Shown here: positions 1 to 10,954 of the stretch, in pieces
Numbering within the stretch: the first letter of the stretch is position 1
Layout of the letters: every line of letters starts with the position of its first letter
Source: Eledone cirrhosa
Lineage: Eukaryota
Assembly: GCA_964016885.1 (NCBI GenBank)
Contig: OZ024741.1
Coordinates: forward strand, 387,500,001 to 387,564,000
Length of the DNA stretch: 64,000 nucleotides
Direction of reading: 5' to 3'
Notes under the pieces: generated by a model
What the model was told of the DNA's origin: nothing
Databases searched by the model: none
The model's input: the letters and a program-made list of their open reading frames with translations, nothing else
Translations under genes and position numbers: made by a program

Positions 1-570
1 ATTCTTACCCTAGTTATTGTACTTTCCGAACACCCACCTTTGCTGCTAATTTGGTCACCTAGGTAGCTGTCTACTGTTTTTACAGAGCCCTCCCAGAGTT
101 TGGTGGTGCTTGTTTCCTGTGGCCGTTTGCTGCTTGCTGTCCATGAGATCCCACTACATCTCTTGTGTACTGATTGTTTGCATACTGGGCAAAGTCATTT
201 CCCTGAGGGGATCTGGGTTCTGTTTTCTCGTCTGGTAACAAGGACCTTAGTCTTTGTCAGGTTCACTTTGAGACCCTTTCTTTCTAGTCCCTACTTCCAT
301 GTTTGGAATTTCTTCTCTAGTTCCACCATGGATTCAGCTATAAGTGTGAGATCATCCGCATATAGGAGTTCCCATGCGCATCCGGTCAAAAACTCCTCCG
401 TTATTGCCTGCAAAACTATAATGAACAGGTGAGGGCTAAGAACAGAGCCCTGGTAGATACCGACCTGTATGCTAAATTCCTTGCTATAGTCATTGCTAAC
501 CCTAACTTTGTTGACTGCTCTTCTATACATGGCTTGTACAGCTTTCACAAGCCATTCATCTACTCCTAGT
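1..570 (-). mobile_element. RTE-clade LINE reverse transcriptase fragment (inverted 5' part of a copy; runs off the left edge)
   Basis: Minus strand encodes LGVDEWLVKAVQAMY...QGSVLSPHLF...WELLYADDL. Nucleotides are colinear with the RTE copy at ~7490-8040. Confidence 0.9.
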
Positions 571-899
571 AGGACAGCATTCTTCACCATATGAGATGTC
601 ATCTGGTGTACCACAGGGATCTGTTCTTGGTCCCCTTTTGTTTGTGGCATATATTAATGACATAGATGCCAACTTACAGAATGACACGGTACTGAAATAT
701 GCAGATGACATCAAGCTGTACCTTGAAATCAAAAGGACTGATCCTGAAATTTACAACTCTTTCCTACAATCAGACCTGGACACAATGCAGCAATGGATTT
801 TTCCTTCCAAAATGCATGGTGGTACACTTGTCCACAGCCAGCTTCAGTTGCCAGTCTGTGATCCATTGCTGGAGATGGCTCTGGTTTTTGTTGCTGCCC

Positions 900-1599
900 T
901 CAAGTGCCAGATTGACAATGATCATAGCATGATCAGAGTCGCCTAGAGATTCCTCAGTAGTACAACTGATAACCACTTCAGGAGTAGTGGTGAAGATCAG
1001 GTCCAAAGTGTTGTCACCTCTTGTTGGAGAGGTGACTACTTGTGACCAGTTTGAGTCCAGCACTAGTTCAAGGAAATCGTTTGCACCTTGTGGCCAACGA
1101 AAGGTTTCCCAATCGATCTCAGGATGATTGAAGTCACCTGCAATAAACACATAAGTGGCTGTTTTCTTGGCAGCAACTCTGAGGATATCGCAAAGCTGTG
1201 TCCTGATGGTAGTTTGGGGGGGGGGGGGGGGCGATAAACAACACCAAGCAGAAGTGTTGACATGGTCATACGTATGTCACAGAAAATAACTTCTTCCTGT
1301 GATTCGTTCAAATCAACGCAAGGAATTACCGAAAAGTTTGAACGAATGTAGACCATCACACCACCACCACGGCGATTAATACGGAAAAGGTTGTACCCAG
1401 TAATGCTGAAAACCCCATCACAGAGTAAGGAATGTGCCCATGTTTCTGTGACTGTGATGAAGTCAGGGTCGATGCTTCTGACGTAGGATTCAAACAGATG
1501 TATCTTGTTGCATAAACTGCGAGCATTTAAGGACAACAATTTGTACCCTGGTCGCAGTTTATGATGGTGTGTAGAGGGTGGCAGGTTGTTCTGGTTTAG
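900..1599 (-). pseudogene. LINE ORF2 apurinic endonuclease domain, frameshifted at a G17 run and truncated
   Basis: ORFs 1063-1539 and 770-1150 carry successive APE motifs. The frame change lies at or shortly after the G homopolymer 1216-1232. Confidence 0.85.
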
Positions 1600-2918
1600 T
1601 TTCCCAGAGTTGTAGCAGTTTTTACATTGCCAGTTATTGTGGGTAGATCACACTCAGACCAGCCGGTATCTCTCTTCCACGTTTCACCAGCCTTGACAAA
1701 CCTCCAGATCTGCCCATCATCACGCAGACTAAAACTTTCATGTTGTGCTGAGTTCCGATTCAAGGGAGCTGCAGCACGGAGCTTTGGACGTACATGGGGT
1801 GGTAGGCCTGGGCGTGTTCGGAAGGTAATCCGATTTTCACGCCCAGCTTTAACAGAGGCCAGATGGTATGAGGTTGCCTCAGCGGGGTCCGAAAAAGACA
1901 GCCTGATGAGTCTGGGTTTTGGACCAGGTCGACCAAGGCGGAGAGCACCCTTTGGGGGAACACAGCCTAGGTCTTTGGCTGAGCTGGCAGCAAATGCCTG
2001 AAGATCAGCCTTGTCCTCTGGTACCCCAATGGCAATCACTTCATGGGTAGCAGATTCCGCAGTCTTTTCAGTGTGGCCAGATACGGCAAGAGGTACAGGG
2101 AGATTCTTTAGCAAGGCATTCCGATAAGACCCCTCATTGTGGAGTCCTACCCGAATGCTTGCCTTTATTCCTGTTACTTCCCTTCTTAAAGCAGTAATCA
2201 TTAGTTGCAATTCTGCAAAATCTGTACTGGTCGGTTGTTGTTGCTGTTGTTGTTGTTGCTGTTGTTGTTGTTGCTGCTGCTGCTGCTGGTGATGATGATG
2301 TTCCTCCACGGGATTGGTAGGGGAAGACACAGTCGCAGGTTGGTGCTGCTGTTGCTGTTGTTGTTGGTGATGATGATGTTCCTCCACGGGAATGGTAGGG
2401 GAAGACACAGTTGCAGGTTGTTGGTGTCGAGATGTACTGGGAGCGGAAGACATGGGTTGTTGTTGTTTCTTATGTTCTCCCAAAGGAATAGCAGTAGAAG
2501 CCAGTGTCATAGGTTTTTGCTGTTGTTCAGTAACAATGGTAGAGGAAGATACAGTCATTGGTTTTTGTTGTTGTTGTTGTTGTTGTTTTTCAATAACATT
2601 AGTGGAGGCAGGCACACAGGCCAGGCACTGAAAGGACCAGGATTTTAGCTGGACCATCTCCCAGATTCCATCCATCATAGCATTATGATGTCTCTTTTTT
2701 TGGCCTGGGATCCTCCAGAAGCCTGTGGCGCATTGAAGGCAGACAGAGATGTGACAGGTTCCACATTCGACCCAGCGATTACGGAACGAGTTTTCGGGTT
2801 CCGCACAGATATGGCAGATGTGATTTTCTGGGCAATGTTCTATTTTGGAACATCGACCAGTTTTGTCGCATACTTCATCGATGGATATCACCATGGCAAT
2901 TTTGTTATTTCTACCCAT
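1596..2918 (-). CDS. LINE ORF1p: PHD-like Cys finger, polyQ/H tract, coiled coil, RRM-like C-terminus
   Basis: Uninterrupted ORF from ATG at 2918 (MGRNNK). CHIC...CGTCHISVCLQC...CLAC; FAELQLMITALRREVTGIK coil; VIAIGVPE...RLGRPGPKPRLIRLSF typical of non-LTR ORF1. Confidence 0.8.
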   Translation of the reverse strand: MGRNNKIAMVISIDEVCDKTGRCSKIEHCPENHICHICAEPENSFRNRWVECGTCHISVCLQCATGFWRIPGQKKRHHNAMMDGIWEMVQLKSWSFQCLACVPASTNVIEKQQQQQQQKPMTVSSSTIVTEQQQKPMTLASTAIPLGEHKKQQQPMSSAPSTSRHQQPATVSSPTIPVEEHHHHQQQQQQQHQPATVSSPTNPVEEHHHHQQQQQQQQQQQQQQQQQQPTSTDFAELQLMITALRREVTGIKASIRVGLHNEGSYRNALLKNLPVPLAVSGHTEKTAESATHEVIAIGVPEDKADLQAFAASSAKDLGCVPPKGALRLGRPGPKPRLIRLSFSDPAEATSYHLASVKAGRENRITFRTRPGLPPHVRPKLRAAAPLNRNSAQHESFSLRDDGQIWRFVKAGETWKRDTGWSECDLPTITGNVKTATTLGN

Positions 2919-3686
2919 CCGTAGAAAAACACTGAATGTAAACAATATAGGTTTAGCGCACTTGATTACAATAGAAATACAATGTCTGTTTTTTGTTTTG
3001 TTTTTTTGTGTATTTTGTTTCCGTTTTCCTAAATGTTGTGTGTGTACAGAAGAGTCTGTGCATGTAAACAAATAAATATGCTGCGTAAGTTAAATGAAAC
3101 GTACTGTAGAAGGCAACAGTTTATTAACAGTGAAATAACGTTTTTTTCCCGATACTGCTTCTTTATAATAAACTTTAAATAATATTTTTCAAATTATTAA
3201 CTTTCAGCTGCTAGTATATATATATATATAATTAAAAGGTGTATGTGGGTTAGAAGCGAAGTCAATGTTCAGAGATATTTTACCAATGTACGTGAGATTG
3301 GCCGGTATCGTGTCTCACACGAAATAGTGTGGTTTCTTTTCACGTGTATATGCATATGGTATATATCTGTATATAAATCTGTGTGTATATTGTTGTTTAT
3401 ATGTTTTGTGAAGTACTTACTGCGATCCCTAAGGGATGTAGTGATTTGTTTGTTTTTTTCCCTTTTTCCCCGTCCATGTCCACACGTGGTTTGTTGGCAA
3501 AAATCAAGTCAAATTAAATATACTTCGTTAAAATAATTCTATGTTGAAGCTGGTACTAGTTGTCAGTTAACAGTCAGAGTAATTGTAATAACGAATATTG
3601 TAATCCATCTGACATGTGTTTAAAGGGCAGTTTTTGGTGAAAATATATTTTGTTTGGTCAAGACGTGGTCAAGCGACCTTCCTTGT

Positions 3687-3697
3687 CGCCATCTTGG
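3687..3697 (-). promoter_or_regulatory. YY1-type motif (CCAAGATGGCG) at the extreme 5' end of the CR1/L2-type LINE
   Basis: Matches the YY1 consensus and lies ~6 nt inside the element/RTE boundary at ~3703. Confidence 0.45.
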
Positions 3698-3702
3698 TTA
3701 GT

Positions 3703-3793
3703 AGTCTAACTTATTGTTCCACCACCAAGTCACTCTCCTCCTTCCTGTGGTCTTGCTCCAACCATAGATCTCGTCCATTGCCTTTAGTAGGTT
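3703..3793 (-). mobile_element. RTE LINE fragment (EN-RT linker)
   Basis: Reverse complement reads NLLKAMDEIYGWSKTTGRRRVTWWWNNK, homologous to ~6645-6730. Confidence 0.85.
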
Positions 3794-4050
3794 AGGCTGA
3801 GATGATATGGACGTGTGATGCGCATGGAGGATGACCGCTGGGTAAAGAAGTGCCAAGAAATCCCAGTAGAAGGAAGACGCAGTAGAGGTAGACCACGAAA
3901 AACATGGGCGGAGGTGGTGAGAGCAGACCTCAGATCACTGAAACTCACCGAGGAGATGACGAAGGACAGTGACAAGTGGAGAGATGGTGTGCTGAATAGG
4001 ACCCGTCCAACCCTTGTAAGCAGGGAAAAGCGGACATAAAATGATGATGA
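3794..4050 (+). mobile_element. RTE LINE 3' end with (ATG)n tail
   Basis: RLR*YGRVMRMEDDRWVKKC...GRRSRGRPRKTW; ends AAATGATGATGA. Confidence 0.85.
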
Positions 4051-4271
4051 AATTCTTAGTATAACTATTGCAATTCTTAAATTTCTTCGATTGTTATCAG
4101 CCTGCTTGTTCTATATGGGTGCCTCTTTCCTATGAACGAATGTGCTCCAAAATGAATTATCCATACACATGGTATCATTATCATTGAGCAGTTCACTAGG
4201 CAGCAAGATTGAAAACTTGTGTTGGCTTCTGTGCCTCTGACATCATATTGATCTAAATTCCCCCAAATATA

Positions 4272-4525
4272 TCATCTTCATTGTTTAACATCCATCTTCC
4301 ACGCTAGCATGGGTAGAATGGGCTATCTCTGTGAGAGGAATCAGGTTGGGGGACCATGATTCGCTCACACAGAACTGATTTTGGCTTGGTTTCTACGGCT
4401 GGATACCCTTCCTAATGCCAACCGCATTTACAATGTGTGCTGGGTGTTTTTACCGTGTCGCCTACATGACCATTTTACAGTGTGTACTGGGTGCTTTTTG
4501 TCGTGACAACTACATGATCACTTTA
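4272..4525 (-). mobile_element. Short element sharing the RTE 3'UTR/tail (SINE-like)
   Basis: CATC-rich tail + GTTTAACATCCATCTTCCACGCTAGCATGGGT. Related copies at ~4946, 12880, 13306, 18705, 21025 and, in the opposite orientation, 8600-8806. Confidence 0.7.
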
Positions 4526-4578
4526 CATATAAAATTTGAAATAATTAACACTTCAATTTTTCTGTTTTAATTTTCCAG

Positions 4579-4644
4579 GGATCCTAGTTTAAATGAGCTG
4601 ATAAAATTCTGGAATCCAATTGCTAGTTTAGACATAAATATATG
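4579..4644 (+). CDS. SZT2: SZT2 (KICSTOR complex) internal exon A
   Basis: ttttccag|...ATATG|gtaagt; encodes DPSLNELIKFWNPIASLDINIW; phase 2-2; splices in frame to the next exon. Confidence 0.8.
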
Positions 4645-4784
4645 GTAAGTTAAGCATATTTCTTTTATGTATAAATTAAAAAAATAATAAATTGAAGTCA
4701 GTTGAGATGGTTCACAACTTTCCCTTGCAATGTTTTCATATTCTGGCTAATAAAAAAAACTAAAAAATAAACAAAAACTATTAA

Positions 4785-4935
4785 GTGCAGGCATGGCTGT
4801 CTTGTTAAGGAGTTGGTTTCATAATCACATGGTTATAGGATCATTGTCACTGCATGGTACCTTCAGAAAGTGTCTTCTACAATAGCCTTGGGTTGAGCAA
4901 TGCATTATGAGTAAAATTTGGTAAACAGAAACTGC
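4785..4935 (+). mobile_element. Degenerate tRNA-derived SINE head
   Basis: GCAGGCATGGCTGT...AAG A-box-like region, then AAGTGTCTTCTACAATAGCC...GAAACTG. Resembles an abundant octopus SINE from memory. Confidence 0.5.
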
Positions 4936-4945
4936 AGCAGTCAGT

Positions 4946-5220
4946 TCATCATCATTTCATTTTACGTCCGCTTTTTCCCTGCTTGCAAGGGTGGGACGGG
5001 CACTGATTCTGGCTTGATTTCTACAGCTGGAAGCCCTTCCTAACGCCAACCTCATTTACAGTGAGTGCTGGGTGCTTTTTTTTTTGCTGTGGCACCTCCA
5101 CGACCACTTTGCAGTGGAATGATAGGGACCCCAGTCCCTATCATCTCATTTCTACAGCTGAGTAAACTGGAGCAATGTGAAATAAAGTGTCTTGCTCAAG
5201 GAAACAACACATCACCCGGT
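4946..5220. mobile_element. RTE-tail element (minus strand) plus adjacent SINE fragment
   Basis: TCATCATCATTT...TTACGTCCGCTTTTCCCTGCTTGCAAGGGTGGGACGGG is the near reverse complement of the RTE end at ~4000-4050. Confidence 0.6.
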
Positions 5221-5274
5221 CTATATATATATATATAATGTCTCTATACTATATGTGTCTATACTTAGTCATAG

Positions 5275-5795
5275 TCAAAAGATCATCATCATGGTACAGA
5301 CCCCTTGTCTACATTAGGGAATTCATCCTTTATGGAAAAGAGTAAGGATAGACTCATAAGGTATGTGACCTCTGCCGAATCGCTGGCACCCATGCTCACA
5401 TCAAAGGGGGTGGGGGTACTATTTGATATTTTAAAAGCCAAATAGGGTTATTGAAATTTATCATGGATTTACGAGCATTTAAGATGACATCAACTTCAAG
5501 ATTCTTAATCTCTGTGAGCGTTTTGGCGAAATTAATAGCTTTAAGAAGGAATGGAAGAATAGTAGCTGTTGATGTCGAATTGGATAAAATGGCAGTGTTC
5601 CTTGTTACATAAGCCATTGAACCAGTCAATCACTGTGAAAGAATTATTCCACAAGGCTAAAGGGGCCATATCTCTAATTTTAGGTATAATCCTATCTAAA
5701 ATTATTCCACCGGGTTGCTTGGAGGGTTATTTTGTATATTTGGTTCCTTCGGTAGAGCACTCTTCAGACTTAAAACCACTATGCTGAAACAACAG
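5275..5795 (-). mobile_element. Penelope-like retroelement RT fragment, degraded
   Basis: Minus strand gives FIQFDINSYYSSI, LLKAINFAK, FDVSMGASDSAEV and GLYHDDDL, corresponding to the FDI..FYPSI / MGSYDGAE / GLYRDDGL motifs of PLE RTs. Confidence 0.7.
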
Positions 5796-5879
5796 CTTAA
5801 TATATATTATAAGTATGCAGGTAAATGTGCATGTATATGTATGTACATATCTATATTGAATGTATATGCATATATATGT

Positions 5880-8806
5880 GTAAAGTCGGTGCTACAAATT
5901 TTTCTGGGTGGGAAATGACGATGGGATGGGTGGTGTAGGTATACTACTAGCTGACAAGTGGGTAGATAAAGTAATCTCAGTGTACAGGGTAAATGCAAGA
6001 ATCATTAAACTCAGACTAGTCCTGAATAAAACAATTACCACAATAATATCAGCTTACGCACCCCAATCGGGGCTGCCAGACGAACTTAAGGATAGGTTTT
6101 ACGAGTCCCTAATGCACACTACTGCTCTAACAGATGACAATGACTTCCTAATCATCGCAGGAGATTTTAACGGACACATAGGTAAACACTGCGACAGCTT
6201 CAATAGAGTACATGGAGGCCATGGGGTTGGCACAAGGAATGAGGAAGGATTCAGACTTCTAGAATTCTGCGACGCCAATGACATGTCGATATGTAACACA
6301 AACTTTAAAAAACCCGACAACCACCTGATCACCTATAGATCAGGGGAGCACTCTAGTCAGTTAGATTTTATCCTCATCAGAGGACGTGACAGATGGACGG
6401 TCGTAAACACAAAAGCCTTCCTTAGTGAGGAATGTACATCCCAACATAGCTTAGTTGTCAGCGACCTCACGGTCAGAACTAGACGAACCCGGAAACAGAG
6501 GCCAACCCGGAGAAGAAAGATCTGGAAGCTGAAAGTCCCCTCAACCACTAACAGATTTCAAGATATTTTACTCAACGCCTACGACAGTAAAGAAGAACAG
6601 ATAGAGACATTTAATGTAGAAGAGAACTGGGAGTTCCTAAAAAATAATTTACTAGAGGCGATGGATGAGGTCTGTGGCTGGAGTAAGACCTCAAGCAGGA
6701 GGAGAGTGACTTGGTGGTGGAACAATAAGGTAGATGAAGCAGTTAAGGCCAAGAGACAGGCATGGAAAGAATGGAAGAACGGGGGGAGCAGGGTACATTA
6801 CATAGAGACCAAGAGGGAAGCTAGGTGACAAATATACTTAACTAGGAGGGAAGCAGAGGATAGAAAATTCAAGCATGTTTTGCAACGTGAGGACCAGAAA
6901 CAGGAGGTATTCAAGATTGCGAGGCAGTGTGTCAGAGATAGTTGTGATGTCATTGGAGAGAAGTGTATCCAGAATGATAAAGGTGAGCTTGCCCTCACAA
7001 GTGCTGAGAAGAAAGATGCATGGAAGAGTCATTATGATAGATTACTAAATGAGGAGAATGCATGGGAAGAAGAGACCCTACCCCAAGTAGACCCTATAGA
7101 GGGACCAGCAGTACAAGTCAGCAGCAGCGTAGTAAGTAAGGCAATCAAAGATATGAAGATGGGGAAGGCAACCGGCCCATCGGGTATAGCTGCCGAGATG
7201 CTGAAGGCATCTGGGTCTGTAGGTCACACTATAACCACACGTATTGTTAACCAGGTAATACTAGAAGGTACCATACCAAAAGATTGGTGCAGTAGCATCA
7301 TTGTCAACTGCTACAAAGGTAAAGGCGATGCACTAGATAGAGGAAACTATAGAGGTATAAAGTTGATGGACCAGGTCATGAAAGTAACAGAAAGAGTTAT
7401 AGCACAGTTGATTAGGGACCGGGTGAAAATAGACGAGATGCAATTTGGGTTTGTACCAGGAAGAGGCACTACTGAGGCATTCCTTATAGCGAGGAATTTA
7501 GCGTACAGGTTGGGGTCCACCAGGGCTCTGTTCTTAGCCCTCTCCTGTTCATCATAGTCCTGCAGGCAATAACGGAGGAGTTTAAGACCGGATGCCCATG
7601 GGAACTCCTGTATGCTGATGACCTCGCACTCATAGCTGAATCTATGGTAGAACTAGAGAATAAATTCCAAACTTGGAAGCAGGGACTAGAAAGAAAGGGT
7701 CTCAAAGTCAACATGACAAAGACTAAGGTCCTCAGATCCCCTCAGGGAAATGGCCTTGCTCAGTATGTAGGAAAGGTGTAGGTAGGAACTCCATTCTCTG
7801 CCCTAAATGCAAACAATGGGTACACAAGAGATATAGCGGGATCTCAGGAAGCTTAATTAAGAATGTAGGCTTCATATGCAGCAGCTGTGCTGAGACAGCA
7901 AGCAGCAAACAGCCACAGGAAACAAGTACCACTAATCTCTGGGAGGGCTCTGTAGAAACAGTAGACAGCTTCTGCTACCTAGGTGACCGAATTAGCAGCG
8001 GAGGTGGGTGTTCAGAAAATACAATAACTAGGGTAAGAACGGGATGGAAGAAGTTTAGGGAACTACTACCACTGCTAGCTGCAAAAGGCTTCTCCCTCAG
8101 AATGAAAGGCAGACTGTATGATGCGTGTATCCGAACAGCAATGTTGCATGGTAGTGAGACCTGGGCGCTGAAGGTGGAAGACTTACGTAGATTAGAGAGA
8201 AACGAAGCCTGCATGCTCCGATGGATGTGTAACAATAATATACGTGAACAACAAAGCATAAATGAATTGAGAGAGAGTCTAAGCATATGAGGAATCAAAT
8301 GCTGTGTGCAGGAGAGGCGGTTGCGCTGGTATGGACATGTGATGCGTATGAAGGATGACAGCTGCATAATAAGGTGCAGAGCACTAGAAGTTGATGGAAA
8401 CCGCGGAGTGGGGAGACCCAAGATGACCTGGGATGAGGTGATAAAAGCCGACCTTACCCAATTACACCTTTCAAAGACTGACACACGACCGTGACTTCTG
8501 GCGTCACGCAGTAATACAGAGTACCCGACCTCCCATGGGTACAAGCTGAAGCATATAGACAATATGCCCCCACACCCCCCACCACAAGGTGGTCGTGGAG
8601 GTGTAGGCGCCACGAAAAAGCACCCAGCACTCACTGTAAATGAGGTTGGTGTTAGGAAGGGCATCCAGCTGTAGAAATCGAGCCAAATCAGTTCCTGTAT
8701 GAGCAAGGCATGGTCAGCCGACCAGACACTGCCCACAACAGGACAACCTGTCTAACCCATGCTAGCGTGGAAGAGCAGACGTAAAACGGTGATGATGATG
8801 ATGATG
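5880..8806 (+). mobile_element. RTE-clade LINE, 5'-truncated, with stops and an internal RT deletion
   Basis: APE (GVGILL, SAYAPQ, GDFNGH, LDFIL), WWWN linker, RT (YKGKGD, NYRGIKL, QFGF, QGS, YADD), zinc-finger-like C-terminus, (GAT)n tail at 8790-8806. Sequence jumps from AFLIAR to EEFSVQ at ~7490. Confidence 0.93.
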
Positions 8807-8915
8807 TATATGCATGCGAGTATATGTTTGTATGTGTATGTATACATTGGTGCGTACACATGCAAACACATGTGCCTATACATACACATATGTACATGTG
8901 TGTATATGTGTGTAT
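8807..8915. repeat. Mixed (TA/TG/CA)n low-complexity microsatellite
   Basis: Alternating purine-pyrimidine tract directly after the RTE tail. Confidence 0.8.
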
Positions 8916-9090
8916 AATTTCCATACACTACATCTTCATTTACATGCATTCACACCGGTCAGCTCTGTATGAGCCTAAACCCCAAAACATTACTTTTAAT
9001 GTTTTCATTATTGTTATTATTTTTACTATACCTTCAGTATTTTTATGTTTAATCATTTTACTTTTATTAACATTATTTTCCATATATGGT

Positions 9091-9274
9091 CGGTAGATTG
9101 GCAATATCGGTAGAGGGTCGAACGCCATGCTTTGACGTATAGAGTTACAGCCCTTGCCATTCTGAGTTCAAATCCCGCCGAGGTTAACTTTGCCTTTCAT
9201 CCTTACGGGGTCGATAAAATAAAGTACCAGTAATGCACTGGGTAATTGCTGGCCTTGTGCCAAACGTAGAAACA
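9091..9274 (+). mobile_element. tRNA-derived SINE with 19-bp TSD
   Basis: A box TGGCAATATCGGTAGAG, B box GAGTTCAAATCC; TSD ATTATTTTCCATATATGGT at 9072-9090 and 9275-9293. Confidence 0.88.
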
Positions 9275-10680
9275 ATTATTTTCCATATATGGTAGCTAGA
9301 AATTATTCGGCTAGTCTAAAAAGAATATTAGTTTCCTGATTTTTTCATAGCAAGAATTTGTTCTTCCCACTCCACATAATGACTTAGTTATCCTTGCATA
9401 CATTTCATCCATCTCAAGAGAACATCTTCATGCACTTCTGTTATGTCTTCCTGTTTTCTGAAGGCAATATTTGGTTTAACTTTTTTGAAATATTCTGCCA
9501 CTACAGATTGAATTTTCCTAGTTTCAGTGAAGAGTGAAAGTAGAAATTTGTTGCTTAAACATTTAATCTGTACTAATAATAAATATTAATTTTATGGGTT
9601 TATTTATACTTATATATATATATATATACATACACCCCTTATTGAGTCCTCTGATTTTGGTCTTTATTTTTAATATTATTAGACAAACTATATTAGAAAC
9701 TATTTACCTTATATATATGTTCAACAACAGAACCTATCTGCTTTAAAGTTTCCTTTACTTCCCATTTAAATTTTTTTTTTTTTATGCGTAAGGGTATACA
9801 GCTTTGTAGAATGCTCAGCCAATTACACAATAATTTCATAAGTAGGACGGTCCGTTGATTAAACAACTGGAGCATTCATCATTGAAACCCACAGAGTTCC
9901 GTTTCATGTGTGTATATCTAAAATAATTACCTTTCTATTGGATTTATCATTCCATGTCAGCTTGGAACAGGTCAGTTTGTGCTAGGTTGGACAATTTGAA
10001 TATTTTTTTAAAAAGGCCTTTATCTGGACAATTTGAATATCTTTCAAGAAGGGCCTTTATCTGGATATATTTTTTTTTACTGCTAATCTTTCATCTACAA
10101 AATAAGATTAACACCTGATATTAGCTAGCAGAGTTCTGTACCATATATAAACATTTGACAATGTTTTCTAGCAAGGTTTTTCAAACTCATTGATTTTATA
10201 GCCATCTTTTGAACCATTTAAACATGAAATAAAAACAACACTTTTGGTTTTATTTCTGTATTCATGAAATTGGCAAATATTTGAAGCATGATAATTATTG
10301 TAAAATAATGATGATAATGCTTGTAATCTTTGCATCTTATAGCAAATTGTTCAGTAAAAGACTAAATAGCTATTGAATGCGTCAATGTGTTACAAATGAA
10401 AGTTGCTCAAGATAACAACTACAATTGTTCAAAGACTGTTATGATTTAAAGGACATTGCTGGATAAGTAATCAGGAAGTTATACACAAGCTACTGTTGTG
10501 GGAACAAAATCACGGGAGATGCAATAGCGGATGACCTGCCTAAACCTTCATTGATCAACTCTTAGACAATACAAACCTTAGTAGGGAACAGTTGCCAGGA
10601 GCAATTGAAAATTGTGAATTGTGGAGAGGCTTTGTCATGAATGTTTGATAGAGGTCACAATGATGATGTTGTATAGGAAA

Positions 10681-10886
10681 TTAACCCTTTTGATGCCAAG
10701 CCACCTAAAACCACCCCTGTTTCTATATCAAGCAGTTTATTTTAAAATGTTTATATTTATCTAAAACCTTTCATCATAATTTTATATAAGAATTTTTGTT
10801 AAGTTAATCTCCAAATACCGGCTTAATTAATTGTTTGAAAATCACAGGTAGTGTTTTCAGTAGAAATATAGTAACTAAACAGTTAA
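10681..10886. mobile_element. Possible piggyBac-like MITE (truncated sister copy at ~11980-12050)
   Basis: Begins TTAACCCTTT and ends ACAGTTAA (degenerate TIR with TTAA ends). The 5' ~70 bp recurs at 11980. Confidence 0.4.
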
Positions 10887-10954
10887 ATCTAGTGACATAG
10901 CTAAATATCTGAATAATTTCTATATCTGTCTTATTGTTTTATCCTTTCTCTCAG

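Larger units (their letters stand above)
571..3702 (-). mobile_element. CR1/L2-type LINE: 5'UTR + ORF1 + APE endonuclease, with a rearranged/inverted RT remnant at its 3' end
   Basis: ORF1 1596-2918; APE motifs NARSL, VTETW, GGGV, YRPP, GDFNHP, NTLDLIF, SDH (~900-1539); RT motifs SGVPQGSVLGPLLF...YADD on the + strand (596-798). Both sides are bounded by RTE sequence. Confidence 0.85.

Noticed and set aside
1216-1232. G17 run as a programmed recoding site or G-quadruplex element
   Set aside because: It falls in the YRPP codons and is more simply homopolymer slippage or a sequencing error.
2205-2648. Plus-strand poly-Leu/poly-Cys ORFs
   Set aside because: They are antisense shadows of the ORF1 polyQ tract.
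5860-8815. ATGTATATGCAT as the TSD of the + strand RTE
   Set aside because: Both copies lie in low-complexity TA/TG tracts and the left one does not abut the element, so the match may be chance.
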